Shown here: positions 43,835 to 57,130 of the stretch, piece after piece
Numbering within the stretch: the first letter of the stretch is position 1
How the letters are laid out: the number at the start of each line of letters is the position of its first letter
NCBI GenBank assembly: GCA_951406725.2
Contig: OX597821.1
Span: forward strand, 108,252,001 to 108,316,000
Length of the DNA: 64,000 nt
Source: Octopus vulgaris
Lineage: Eukaryota
Reading direction: 5' to 3'
Made by a program: the position numbers and the translations under genes
The notes under the pieces: generated by a model
Database searches by the model: none
What the model was told of the DNA's origin: nothing
The model's input: the letters and a program-made list of their open reading frames with translations, nothing else

Positions 43835-44315
43835 AAGGCGGCGAGGCGGCAGAAACGTTCGTACCAGTTACGAACTGGGGGTCGATGTAATTGACTTATT
43901 CCGTCTTTTTGTCCTTGTTTGTTTCCTCTGTGTTTAGCCCCTTGTGGGTAGTAAAGAAATAGTTATTTCGTCTGCCGCTACGTTCTGAGTTCAAATTCCG
44001 CCGAGGTTGACCTTGCCTTTCATCCTTCCGGGCTCGATTAAATAAATACCAGTTACACACTGGGGTCGATATAATCGACTTAATCCGTTTGTCTGTCGTT
44101 ATTTGTCCGCTCTGTTTTTAGCCCCTTGTGGGTAATAAAGAAATAGGTATTTCGTCTGTCTTTACGCTCTGAGTTCAAATTCCGCCGAGGTTGACTTTGC
44201 TTTCATTCTTTCGGGACCGATAAATTAAGTACCAGTTACGTACTGGGATCGATCTAATCGTCTGGGCCCTTTCCCCAAAACAAGTTCAGGCCTTGTTCTT
44301 AGTGTAGGAAAGAAT
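43835..44315 (+). mobile_element. SINE family C, three-module concatemer
   Basis: Junctions AAAGAAATAG(G/T)TATTTCGTCTG at about 43960 and 44145. Confidence 0.88.
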
Positions 44316-45012
44316 ATACATCTGCAGATGCAATACATGGACACTCCTTCGGCGTTGTATCGGCAATCTAATGAGTGAAACAAATAAAAGAAAAAAACAT
44401 GACGTAATTATAATGTTTCGGGACGGTCATTATTTTCCTGCCAAATAAACACACGCTCTATATATTTGTTCTTCAGATTTATCATTCTTCTTATTTTATG
44501 CCTTTGTTTGGGAATCCTTCGTAACACATCCTGTGACCTCTTCAGTGTCTCTCCATCCCGCGAGTCTCCTCTTGTTCTGTTTAGTCAATTCTGTCTTTTT
44601 ATGGTATGTATAATGAATATATAAGCTTATTTTATTAGGCCATATAGATACTACTGTTTATTTAGGTAAATTTCGGCCTATGGGCTACTTGCTAGCTATG
44701 GTGAGTAATAGATTGAGGCCCTGAACACTTTACTCTGGTCGTAGGAGCGCAAGCATGACATCCATTTTTAGACGTAGCAGATACCATCGCTTTTCAGATC
44801 AGACCGATTTGTTTTTTCCAAAAGCAAAAATAAAATAATTGCCCCTAATACATAACTGGTACTATATCAACCTCGGAAGAGTGAAATGCAAAACTGACCT
44901 CAGCGAGATTTGAATTCAAAGTATAGAATACCGGAAAGATTAACATAATATAATATTTAAAAAAAACAGGCAACGAGAGTAAAAACTGTAGAGTGGTTTT
45001 GATTTTTGATAT

Positions 45013-45098
45013 CTTTACAAGTGTTTCAATGATTATAGCGTAACTGATTATGTAATTTCACATTTTACGCATTCTTTACGACATCACTTCGTCAGAAG
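45013..45098 (-). ncRNA. Hammerhead ribozyme motif (candidate)
   Basis: Minus strand reads CTT-CTGACGA-AGTGAT-(49 nt)-ATCATT-GAAA-CACTTG-TA-AAG. Confidence 0.65.
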
Positions 45099-46137
45099 CA
45101 CTACAGGCATCGCTATGAAGCACGCGTAAGGATACAACACTCAATCATTCTATATTTTTTTCTTTCTCTTTACGTGTATTTAATCATATGCAATAAACGT
45201 TGCAGCCGATATACGTCTAACATTGTTTTATTCATGTTTTACTTATTCATGGTGTTATTCCGAAATTTTCTTATTGGACATCTGTCGTGGGAAGTAATGG
45301 AACAGGAGGAAACCAAAATTTTAGATATAAGCTATATACTTTAACAATTGGTTCTATAATAGTAATAATTACGTTTTTTTTTATTTAGGTTTGCGTTTTA
45401 AAATATTCGTAAAATAACAGTGTAACAAAATTTTTCTTTATTCTTTCTCTTTGACAGTAAGCGTTACTTCTTATTTGCATCTATTTAGAAATTAAAGGAA
45501 ATGACTACTATTCCCTTCAAACTTTGCTTCTGTGATCTTGACATCAATATATGAAACTGATTTATTTCCCATTACATTTCAGACAGATCCAGGTCTGTGT
45601 TGCTGAAGCAGAAATATCGTTATAGCAAATATTCTCCTCAATACCACATATTTGCTTATCAGTTGCATGACCTTAACCAGTTGACTATTTCCGTTAGTGG
45701 CTGACAATATGTGCATCTCTGATCACGTGCAAGAGCAGCGGGGGAGCACCATAATCATGTGATAAGAGGGGGATTATTTGCAGTTTGACTAAATAAAACA
45801 AAAAGAAAATTTGAATGAAGTATTATCCATTTTAAATACTTTTTAGGAGGTAAGCAAATAGGAAATGACAGTTGCTACCCAAGGACAGAAATCATGTTAC
45901 ACAGTGTAATAGTCCTAACATTGTCAAAAGATATGGATTTTGGCTGAGGAAATTTATCGATTCTATCGCCATAATTATGTGACTGGTATTGTGTTATATC
46001 GATAACGGAAATATGAAAGGTAAAGTCGACTTCTCTGTTGGTAGGAAGGAGGAAATAAAAAGATGAGTGAGACGGAACAAATACCGCAAGTCATTTTTGT
46101 GACTCCGCATCGAGTCTGCCACTTGAATAATAATAAC

Positions 46138-46169
<32 letters not shown>

Positions 46170-46396
46170 TAATAATAATAACAACAACAACAACAACAAC
46201 AATGTTACGTACATATCATATCATACCTTGACACTGTGTGGACTAAGATCCCGTTGACAGGACGCTGGTATTTATAGTGTTAAACACTTTCGGTATTCAA
46301 GTCAGGGACTTTTCATAGAGTAACTGCTGCATTTGTTGAGTATATAAACAATTTGACTTCTTGTTTCTCTGGAAGATTGTCAAAGTCATGTGGACG

Positions 46397-46437
46397 CCTC
46401 TGATGAGAACCCAATAAGGTTCAAAAATCGATTAAGA
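46397..46437 (+). ncRNA. Mutated hammerhead motif (family P2; more decayed homolog at about 4141-4230)
   Basis: CT-CTGATGA-GAACC-CAATAA-GGTTC-AAAA(for GAAA)-ATCGAT-TA-AG. Confidence 0.6.
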
Positions 46438-46511
46438 TTGTTCATCGTTTTTCAGTCTGCGGAGAAATGGCTAAAACTTGCCCTGATTATAATTATACCA
46501 TGTGTTAAGTA

Positions 46512-46587
<76 letters not shown>

Positions 46588-46835
46588 GATTGAGAAATAC
46601 CTGCCACTGCAAGACGAGATAGGAAACTTATGGAGCATGAGGAAAGTAATGTTGATACCGGTAGTAACGGCAGCATTAGGAGTAGTTTCCAAGGGCTTTG
46701 AAAAAGAATATTGGAGCTGCTGTCAGGCACGAAGTGATCCAGAAGACAGCATGGTTGTATACAGCTCGCATTCTAAGAAGAGTTTGAGTCATATGAGAAG
46801 GCGCTACTTGAAAACTTTGGTGATTTGTTGTTGTT
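46588..46835 (+). mobile_element. 3' end of an R4/Dong-like LINE directly after (TAA)n
   Basis: IEKYLPLQDEIGNLWSMRKVMLIPVVTAALGVVSK, then after a frameshift EVIQKTAWLYTARILRRV. Confidence 0.8.
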
Positions 46836-46874
46836 AACCATGATTATCATTCTCAACATAATCATGGGTAATTA

Positions 46875-47080
46875 TTAACTTCGCCTTAGCGAAGGCAGAA
46901 GTATTGTTTTCAGTCGCGTTTGTTTGTCTGTCTGTCCGTAGACAAGATATCTCAAGAACCGTTGGATGGATTCGGATGAAAATTTCAGGGATGTTTGGGC
47001 TCGTGACTGGCACGAGCTGATTAGATTTTGAGATCGATCCGTTACAGGATGCTGAATTATTTTTCCGGTTTTTAAACTTC
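46875..47080 (+). mobile_element. Non-autonomous Helentron/DINE-like element, 5' part
   Basis: T-flanked terminal hairpin CTTCGCCTT..AAGGCAGAAG, then TATTGTTTTC, a (GTTT/GTCT)n core and AAGATATCTCAAGAACC...GGATTCGGATGAAA. Confidence 0.6.
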
Positions 47081-47529
47081 ATTTTTGAGAGCGTTAATCA
47101 TGGTCATAACTATCATTATGATAAAGTGGCTGGCGTGTATGGCAGGTGGTGATGGAGTCTATGATGACGATGACCGTGATGACGGCGATGATGCTGGTGA
47201 CTTTCTTTATTGTTACGCGGTCTGAATGGAGGAGATTAACAATACGGCTAACAAATCAGTGGGACTTAAATAAGAAAAAACAAACAATACCAAAGAAACA
47301 AAACAAAACAAAGTTATAAAAAATTAATTACAACAACCATAATAATAATGAGAAGTAGGAGGAAGATGAGGCTGCTGATGATCATTAAATAGCCCCAGAA
47401 TTATTGTTGGAGATGAGAATAAGATCAAAGTGATTCACAAGTGGTCGGGAATATATCTACCTCGGCGAAGGCTTTGATACCAAAGTTGGCTGGTTCTCGG
47501 CCCTGCATGGGGATTTGATAAGTTGAATC

Positions 47530-48062
47530 GTGGCACACTGTTGGTTACGACGACGAGGGTTCCAGTTGATCCGATCAACGGATCAACTTGCTCATGATTA
47601 TATATGATTATATAGATATACTTATATATATATATCTTTATACATACAAAAATGTATGTGTGTATGAATAAATATATTTATATATATGTATATTGTGGCA
47701 CTCCGTCGGTCACGACGACGAGGGTTCCAATTAATCCGATCAACGGAACAGCCTACTCGTGAAATTAACGTGCAAGTGACTGAGCACTCCACAGACACGT
47801 GTACCCCTTAACGTAGTTCTCGGGAATAGTCAGTGTGATACAGAGTGTGACAAGGCTAGCCCTTTGAAATACAGGTACAACAGAAACAGGAAGAAAGGAC
47901 GAAAGACGGTTTTGGTGAAAGAGTACAGCAGGATTAGCCACTACCACCTGCCGGTACCTCGTGGGGCTCTAGGTACTTTCGCTCAATAAACACTCACAAC
48001 ACTTGATCTGAGATTCGAAACTGCGATCCTACGACCACGAGTCCGTTGCCCGAACCACTGGG
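47530..48062 (-). mobile_element. SINE family A1 (47696-48062) plus a tail fragment (47530-47596)
   Basis: Homologous to 1543-1943. Confidence 0.88.
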
Positions 48063-48139
48063 TAAGTTGAATAAGACGTATATCACTCTTTGTAAAAACA
48101 GGTGTAACTGGAACGCAGCCATGGGTTTGCAATCTTGAA

Positions 48140-48360
48140 TTCTTTTATTCCTTTATTCTTTTATTTGTTTCAGTCGCTTCACTGCGGCCATTCTGAAGCA
48201 TTGCCTTTAGTCGAGCAAATTGCTCCCCGGACTTATTCTATTTTATGCCTAGTACCTATTCTATCGGTACCTTATGCCAAATGGGTAGGTTACGGGAACG
48301 TAAGCACACCAAGATTGGTTTTCAAGTGATGTTGGGGGAACAAACACAGACGCACAAACA
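48140..48360 (-). mobile_element. SINE family B, 3' half
   Basis: Family B tail motifs. Confidence 0.8.
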
Positions 48361-48368
48361 TATATACA

Positions 48369-48432
<64 letters not shown>

Positions 48433-48590
48433 CACAACAGTGGTCCGACTCACAGAATAATTGTGAAATTAATGAAAGTTAAAAATCCGGCCAGAAAGTA
48501 AAGGGTAAAATATTAAGTGTCCTACGGCCGTTTCTAGGGGTTAATTGCCCGTAAAATAAATGAGTAAATGTACCCATTACTGTGTGTATA

Positions 48591-48694
<104 letters not shown>

Positions 48695-48767
48695 ATATAT
48701 ATATATAAATATATATACATATATTATCATATATATATAAACATATATATATGTATATATTTATATA

Positions 48768-48798
<31 letters not shown>

Positions 48799-49287
48799 GC
48801 GTGTGTGTGTATGTATATATATTTGTATGTATGTATGCATATCTATATAGATAGATAGTTACAGAGAGAGGGAGAGAGAGAGGGGGGAGAAAAGGAAGAG
48901 ATACAGAGAAAGCGTTCATGTGGGAAATACAGTAAGGTAAGGGAGAAATAAAAATTAAAAAAATTTTAATTGATTTCTTGAATATTTTAAGTGAAACTCT
49001 GCCATTTTTGTTTGTGACACACCGCTGAAACCTCCTCCATTGGATAATTATTGCTCTACGGCGCCTCGCAAATGAAAATAAGAATGATTCTTTATTACAA
49101 TGCCTATTGTATGACTGTGTGTATATACATGTATGCATATATATATCTATATATATCTGTGTTTTTGTGTTTGTGTGTGTGTGTGTGCTTTGTGGGTCCA
49201 TATCACTTGTGTGTGTGTGTTTGTGTGTTAATAGCTGCTGGCGAACATAAGATATTAATTTGTATGGATTCATGTTAGGTGTTCCGA

Positions 49288-50032
49288 TCTCTCTCTCTCC
49301 CGCGCTCTCTCTCTCGTTCTTTCACACACACACACAAGCACTCACACACACACACAAAAACTCACACACACACACTTCCTCTCTCTCACTCTTTCTCTCT
49401 TGCTCTCATACTCCCACTCTCATACTCTCTCTCTTCCACTGCCTCTCTGTCTCTCTCTTTGTCTCTCTCTCACTCTTTCTCTCTCTCAGTCTCTCTGTCT
49501 CTCTCTCTCTCTCTCATCCTATCTCACTCTTTCTTTCACTGTGTCTATCTCCCATTCTCACTCTCTCTCTCTTTGCCTGTCTCTCTAACTCTCTTTGTCT
49601 CTCTCCCTCTCTCTCACTCTTTCTCTATCTCAATCTCTCTGTCTCTCTCATTCACTCTCACTCTTTCTCTCTTCCTCTCACTGTATTTATCTCCCACTCT
49701 CACTCTCTCTCTTTGCCTTCTCTCTGTGTCTCTCTTTGTCTCTCTCTCTCTCGGTCTCTCTGTCTCTCTCTCATTCTTTCTCACTGTTTCTCTCTCTCAC
49801 TCTTTCTCCCTTCCTCTCACTGTATCTATCTCCCACTCTCACCTCTCGCTTTCTTTTTCTCTCTCTCTCTCTCTTCCTATCCCCCTCTCTCTATCTTATT
49901 CTTTCCCATTCTTTCTCTCTCTCTCACTCTTTCTCTCGTTCTCTCACTGTATCATCTCCCACTCTCACCTTCTCTCTCTTTCTTTCTCTCTCTCTCTTGC
50001 TCTGCCTATTCCCTCCCCCATCTCTCTCTCTC

Positions 50033-50100
<68 letters not shown>
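49288..50100. repeat. About 800-bp (CT)-rich polypyrimidine tract with a cryptic period of about 135 bp
   Basis: TCACTGT(G/A)T..ATCTCCCA(C/T)TCTCAC recurs at about 49536, 49678, 49817 and 49944. Confidence 0.85.
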
Positions 50101-50102
<2 letters not shown>

Positions 50103-50489
50103 CCTTATATCTCTGCTGTGATTGCAGCTGCCTATTGCCTCGTTCGCAGGTGAGCCACCTAGCGACAGGATATATGCTAATATACTTTGCAAACAGCTCT
50201 CCTCCATTCTCTGTTTCCAATCTCAGCTCTCTACCCAGGCAGCCAACACCAGGTGTCGCTTTTATAGATGGCAATTAATAGTGTAGTTGTTTTTGTGTGT
50301 GCGTGTTTTTTTTTCTCCTCCCCTGGTTTGTAGATTTTATATAATTATTGTCGTTGCTGTTGTTGTTGTTGTTGTTGTTGCTGTGGTGGTGGTGGTGGTG
50401 GTGGTGGTGGTGGTGGTTTTTGTTGTGAGTGAAGCTTGGACAGTTGTAGGTGTTCTTCCCTCACTGTCGCTGTATTGTTACTTCACGTC

Positions 50490-50653
50490 CTGCTACTGCT
50501 ACTACTACTACTACTACTACTATTAACACTAACACCATCGCCATCACAATTGTTACGACCATCATCACCACCACCACAACCACCACTACTATTACTACTA
50601 CTGTTGCTACCACCACCACCGCCACGACTACTACTACTACTACCACTACCACC

Positions 50654-50688
<35 letters not shown>

Positions 50689-50895
50689 AACTACTACTAC
50701 AACTACTACTACTACCACTACCACCACCACCACCACCACCACTACTACTACCACTACCACCACCACCACCACCACCACCACCACTACTACTACTACTACC
50801 ACTACCACCACCACCACCACCACCACTACTACTACCACTACCACCACCACCACCACCACCACCACTACTACTACTACTACCACTACCATCACCAG

Positions 50896-50930
<35 letters not shown>

Positions 50931-51125
50931 TTACTACTACTACCACCACCACCACCACTCCTACTACTACCACTACCACTACCACCACCACCACCACCAC
51001 CACCACGATCACCACTACCACTACCACCACCACCAACCATCACCACCACTCCTACTACCACCACTACCACCACCACCACCGCCACTACTACTACTACCAC
51101 CACCACCACCATTACTACTACTACT
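50490..51125. repeat. (TAC/CAC)n microsatellite
   Basis: Read directly; the poly-T/P/L ORFs are artefacts. Confidence 0.95.
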
Positions 51126-51434
51126 AATTTACTTGACCGTGTATGGTATTTTGTTGGGGGTTTTTTGAAGCTCTAGGTCAACTCCGATATTGAGAACATC
51201 CAATGACTAAGAGCATTCTCACCGAGACCATCCCGTCGATCACTTCTATTGAAGTGATACTTATTTTATCGGTATTTTGGACGAACTGCTAGGTTAAGTG
51301 TATGTAAACAATTCGGATACCGACCTCTTGAGCAAGCCATTTCATTTCACAATGCTGAACATGACTAACAGCCGGGTACTAATACACATCTCTCTCTCTC
51401 TCCATCTTTCTTTCTCTCTCTCTCTCTCTCTCAC

Positions 51435-51495
<61 letters not shown>

Positions 51496-51604
51496 TTCAC
51501 TAGTTTCCTTTCTTTCTCTTCCTCTCTTTCACTCGCTTGTTCTCGCTCACCTTCTCTCTCTCCCTATTCTATCTATCTACCTCTTTCTTACTCTGTCTCA
51601 CCCG

Positions 51605-51643
<39 letters not shown>

Positions 51644-52109
51644 CTTCTCTCACCCATTTTAGCTCCCTCACCCTCCTCTCTCTCACTCACTTTCGCCCCA
51701 CCACCTTCTGCTATCAATCACGTCCTGGATATACCAACGAGTCAAACGGTACGAGACTCAATAGAAGTGATCGTCTGCTTTTGATCATACGCGCAGCCAA
51801 AATAATTAGCGAAAGCATGGTACGTACAAAGAAACCCTACACATTCGCAGGTAACGGATGGCTTTAGGACTGACTTCGTGGTCTACTGCATGCATGCCAT
51901 ATCTCAAAGCATACCTCAACGGATAATGGGAAGACAAAAACTAGCTAAACTCTCCAAGAGGTCATTGCATAACTCCTTCAAGACATTACCAAATATGGAT
52001 ATCATCGTTCTTCATATGGACTTGTAAATATACTAAACGATAATTAATCGTCGAAGTCAATCATTTAATCATTTCTAATCAAATAGTGAATGCTCACGGT
52101 TTTAATTAT

Positions 52110-52470
52110 CTCTTTTACTCTTTTACTGGTTTCAGCCATTTGACTGTGGCCATGCTGAAGCACCGCCTTTAGTCGAGCAAATCAACCCAAGGACTTATTC
52201 TTTATAAGCCTAGTGCTTCTTCTATCGGTCTCTTTTGCCGAACTGCTAAGTTACGGGGATGTAAACACACCAGCATCGGTTGCACAAACACTGACACACA
52301 AATATACACACACACACACATATATATACATATATACAACGGGCTTCTTTCAGTTTACATCTACCAAATCTACTCAAAAGGCTTTGGTCGGCCCGAGGCT
52401 ATGGTAGAAGACACTTGCCCCAGGTGCCACGCAGTGGAACTGAACACGGAATCATGTGGTTGGTAGGCAC
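52110..52470 (-). mobile_element. SINE family B
   Basis: Family B motifs. Confidence 0.88.
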
Positions 52471-52528
52471 CCCTACGTTAATGCTAATTTAAGGGATACA
52501 CATATATACATATACGCATGTACATATA

Positions 52529-52681
52529 CGGTAATCTCTCGAGTATCGCGGGTGTTACGTCCCAAAACCTCCCACAGAAATAATTAAAATTTAAAAAATA
52601 TCAATACCTATCGGCCGCAGAAACCTCCGATATATTAAGGAGTCCGCGATAGGTGAACCGTGACATAGCGAGGGCTTACTT
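52529..52681 (+). mobile_element. pogo/Tigger-like MITE
   Basis: TA|CGGTAATCTCTCG...CGAGGGCTTACTT|TA; homologous to 53504-53601 in the opposite orientation. Confidence 0.7.
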
Positions 52682-52747
52682 TACCATATACACATATACA
52701 CATGTCTATAAACATATACGCATATACATATATTTTCATGTATGTAT

Positions 52748-52844
<97 letters not shown>

Positions 52845-52847
52845 TAT

Positions 52848-52905
<58 letters not shown>

Positions 52906-53214
52906 GATGTAATATAGATTTACTTGAATTAGGTACTTAACTTGCGGTACCTGGCTAGGACGAATTTATTTGTACACTCAAACAATATAAGGTGAGCCTC
53001 AAACTCTACATAGAATTTTTTCCACCCGATATTCATGCAGTGTCTATGCAGATGGAACGATCCAATTTGGTGAATAAATCCGCTCTTGTTTGTTAAAACA
53101 TGTACTTAAGGTACATAAAGTTCACAAAGGTACTTTCCATAATAATTTCGAAATGCAGATTCCAGGGTAGGTGAGTAAAATATAAATGAGTAACAAAGCT
53201 GTGCAAGTGTCATT

Positions 53215-53298
53215 TCATTACGGCCGTTTCGAGCGACTACTTTAATTGATCAATGAAAGCATTACCTCATTACAAAGAAAACCGTTCTCATCAGATGA
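53215..53298 (-). ncRNA. Minimal type-I hammerhead ribozyme motif within the (TA)n-flanked island 52908-53405
   Basis: Minus strand reads TCAT-CTGATGA-GAACG-(47 nt)-CGCTC-GAAA-CGGCCG-TA-ATGA; perfect palindrome ACGGCCGT. Confidence 0.85.
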
Positions 53299-53503
53299 CC
53301 GCATAGACCTCAAGCATAAAGGACAAATCAGATATTTAAACATGTATCATCAATAGAGAGCAAATATTTACAATGATCCCGCTGCAAAACTTTTGGGCAG
53401 AATCATATATATATATATACATGTAAGTATATGCACATGTATGTATATATATATATATATATATATCATGGATGGGTGTGCGTGCGCATGTCTATATCTT
53501 ATA

Positions 53504-53601
53504 CAGTAATCCTCCGACGACATAACGCGGTTCACCTATCACTGTTCACCTATCTCGTGGGGTTTGAGAACGTAACACCCTCGATAGTCGAAGGATTACT
53601 A
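53504..53601 (-). mobile_element. pogo/Tigger-like MITE, deleted copy
   Basis: TA|CAGTAATCCT...AGGATTACTA|TA. Confidence 0.72.
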
Positions 53602-54282
53602 TAATACATATACCTACATATGTGTGTGACCATAATTGTATGTATTCATATATGTGTGCGTGTGTATGTATGTATGTATGTATGTATGTATGTATGTATG
53701 TATGTATGTATGTATGTACGTATGTATGTATGTATGTATGTATGTATGTATGTATGTATGTATGTATGTATGTATGTATGTATGTATGTGTGTGTGTAAG
53801 TAAATGGGGAGAGAGAGAGTTGATGTGAAAGGTAATAAGAGAGAGAATGAGAGCAGGTGAAACTGAATTTTTTAGACAGAAATTGTCAAAACTTTTCACA
53901 GTGGCGACACACTTCTAAAAAATAAAAATAAAAAGTTCATGACGTATTAATGACATTTTGCTCGCAATTAGATATCGTATCACGTGTCACCAGTCACGTG
54001 TATAATTGCACGCCATGTTTTCCACATCTCAAATATACTTCATAGCGTAATTTTATTGAAAACTTATCAGATTTTAACTTAACTTTTGTGACACACCTAC
54101 TGATAAACAGTGGCACAAATAAAGTGCCACGGCACGCAATTTAGACATTTCTGCTACGCAGTTTCATTATAATGCTTTCACAGCTGACTGATGCCAGCCA
54201 AAATAAGATTTGTACGTGTGTATGACTGTAAAATTGTGTGTCTTTGTCCATGACGGTGTATGTGTGTAACTGCATGTTATAT

Positions 54283-55110
54283 TCTTTTATTCTTATACTT
54301 GTTTCAGTCATTTGACTGCGGCCATGCTGGAGCGCGGCCTTTAGTCGAGCAAATCGACCCCAGGACTTATTCATTGTAAGCTTAGTACTTATTTTATCGG
54401 TCTCTTGTGCCGAACCGCTAGCTTACGGGGACGTATACGCCCCAGCATCAGTTGTCAAGCGGTGTTGCGGGGACAAACACAGACACACAAACATATACCT
54501 ATACACACACGCACACACGCACACACACAAGCACACACGCACACTACACACACACATATACGTTGGGCCTCTTTCACTTTCCGTCTACCAAATCCATTCA
54601 CAAGGCTTTGGCCCGAGGCTATAGTAGAAGACATTTGCTCAAGGTGCCACGCAGTGGGACTGAACCTGGAACGATGTGGTTGGGAAGCAAGCTTCTTATT
54701 TCTTTATTGCCCACAAGGGGCTAAACATAGAGAGGACAAACAAGGACAGAGAAACGGATTAAGTCGATTACATCGACCCCAGTGCGTAACTGGTACTTAT
54801 TTAATCGAACCCGAAAGGATGAAAAGTCAACCTCGGCGGAATTAGGGTCGATCTAATCGACCGGTCCCTTCCCACCAAATTTCGGGCCTTGTACTTAGAG
54901 TAGAAACGAATATTTGTGTGGTAGATGGCGGTGAGTGGCAGAAACGTTAGCATAATGGGTAACATGCTTAGCGGTGTTTGGGCTGTCTTCACGTTCTGAG
55001 TTAAATTTCCGCCAATGTCGATAAAATAAATTCCAGTTGAGCTATTGAGGTCGACGTCATCATCTAGCCCCTCTCCCGAAATTGCTGGCATTGTGCGAAA
55101 ATTTGAGATT
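54283..55110. mobile_element. SINE family B (54283-54697, minus) followed by family C fragments in both orientations
   Basis: Family motifs. Confidence 0.82.
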
Positions 55111-55212
55111 AATATTTGTGTATGTACAGGTATGCAATATTTAGAGTCATTTCCTGTTGAAATTACCTTGGATCTCGTACGATCACAAAAGTTAAATAAA
55201 GCATATAACATG

Positions 55213-55297
<85 letters not shown>

Positions 55298-55334
55298 AAT
55301 GGAGTTAAACGCAGGTGCTAATCAAATTCTTTTA

Positions 55335-55420
55335 TTTCGACATATGTTTCGAAGACAACATTGGCATTATTCCAGAAGGAAGAAAATTATATAAAACAAT
55401 GCAATCTTCTCATCAGGGAA
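55335..55420 (-). ncRNA. Hammerhead ribozyme motif
   Basis: Minus strand reads TTCC-CTGATGA-GAAGAT-(loop)-GTCTTC-GAAA-CATATG-TC-GAAA. Confidence 0.8.
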
Positions 55421-55504
55421 AAATAGAAACCAAACACATCAATAAGACATTTTAGCACAATGTGATGACTGCGTATAATGATGAAGGAAACGCTTTGATT
55501 TTCT

Positions 55505-55590
55505 TTCTCTGATGAGAAGATTGCATTGTTTTACACCATTTTATTCCTTCTGGAATAATGTCATTGTTATCTTCGAAACATGTGTCGGAA
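55505..55590 (+). ncRNA. Hammerhead ribozyme motif
   Basis: TTCT-CTGATGA-GAAGAT-(loop)-ATCTTC-GAAA-CATGTG-TC-GGAA; GUC site. Confidence 0.85.
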
Positions 55591-55749
55591 GTAAAAGAAT
55601 TTGAATAACACCTGCGTTTAACTCCTTATATTTATTTATTTATCTAACACCATAATTCGGAGTTTCTACCTTTATAAATAGTTTGTTACATGTGTAAATT
55701 TTCCCTACACTGGTAAATGTTTATTTATTTTTTCCGTGTTTTCCTATAC

Positions 55750-55799
<50 letters not shown>

Positions 55800-55841
55800 C
55801 GTTTTACCTCTGCTAGAACAGCACATGCAATATTGGTCAAC

Positions 55842-55898
55842 TTGGTACCGGTTTCGAAATTAGCACCAAATAGGTACCTGTTTCTCTTCTTCGGCCAA
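55842..55898 (-). ncRNA. Hammerhead motif with a U4C core mutation
   Basis: Minus strand reads TTGG-CCGAAGA-A-GAGA...GGTACC-TATTT-GGTGCT...TTTC-GAAA-CCGG-TA-CCAA. Confidence 0.7.
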
Positions 55899-56119
55899 AG
55901 TCTGCCAGTTTACTACTACCACTAAAAATTTCTCCAGCACACCTGCAAAAGTTCGTTTGATGTGACCAAACACATTTTAAGCAAACGAAATGCATGAAAT
56001 TATTTATAAATAAATACAAGAAGTGACAGTATTATTAAAATACCATCACGTGTCGCAAGCGAGTTTAACAGCCGTACAAGCAAATTAATAAAATATATAC
56101 ATACAATATAAGATACGTA

Positions 56120-56157
<38 letters not shown>

Positions 56158-56186
56158 CATATATACATATATATATATATACATAC

Positions 56187-56233
<47 letters not shown>

Positions 56234-56236
56234 CAT

Positions 56237-56273
<37 letters not shown>

Positions 56274-56361
56274 CATACATATATATATATATATATATAT
56301 GAATATATATATATATATACATACACACACACACACATATATATATATATACACACACTTA

Positions 56362-56397
<36 letters not shown>

Positions 56398-56758
56398 TAT
56401 ACATATATATATATATAGGGAGAATTCACAAGAAAAAACAAAAGACCAAGACAGGTGGTGTAGAAAACAAACAGATGTATTAGTATAACGCCCGGGAATT
56501 ATCGTGAAGTATATTTCCCACCTAAATGTGGCTGACCCATATGGGGCGACGCTACTGTTGTTTACAGCCCCAGGAAGATATCTCCTCCAGCTGGCTAGCG
56601 ATACACTATGTCCGCTCAGTATTTGCAAAGGGAAATCATCCCTCCTTTCTCTAGCCTTACGTGATACACGTTATTGTTTATTATAAAAGGCTGAAAGTAG
56701 TTACTAATTTAGGGAATTGTACTGTCTTTGAGTGTCGATGTAAATATGTACATAAGTA

Positions 56759-56841
56759 CAGTGGCGAACTGGGTCTAAAAATATTGGTGCCAGGAGACTA
56801 TGTGGCCCCCACACGCAACAACAATACTATCATTCATCTTT

Positions 56842-56902
<61 letters not shown>

Positions 56903-57107
56903 AAAGTATTCTTTTCAACAGTCTACTATTACAGCCAGGTTGAAATAATTGATGCATTCTTTCAGAACTGAATAAAAAATTCTCAAACTTGAGTGGATGG
57001 GCCCCTTAAATACTAACATGGGCCCCATATATGAATTCTAATGTCGCAGGGGTGGGGGGCGGGGCACTTGCCATCGGGGGAATGGCGACCTGGCCAGTCA
57101 ACCACTG
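56759..57107. mobile_element. hAT-like MITE
   Basis: Imperfect TIRs CAGTGGCGAACTGG / CCAGTCAACCACTG; degenerate 8-bp TSD CATAAGTA/CATACGCA; internal GGCCCC motifs. Confidence 0.65.
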
Positions 57108-57130
57108 CATACGCATGTAGGTATATATAA

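Larger units (their letters stand above)
55301..55752. mobile_element. Fold-back PLE-like element with a hammerhead in each arm
   Basis: Diverged inverted repeat about 55301-55420/55505-55625, with (TA)n on both sides. Confidence 0.85.

Noticed and set aside
44405-44550. Minus-strand CTGAAGA...GAAAC in a repeat shared with 41500-41625
   Set aside because: The homology between the two loci is real, but stems I and III do not pair convincingly.
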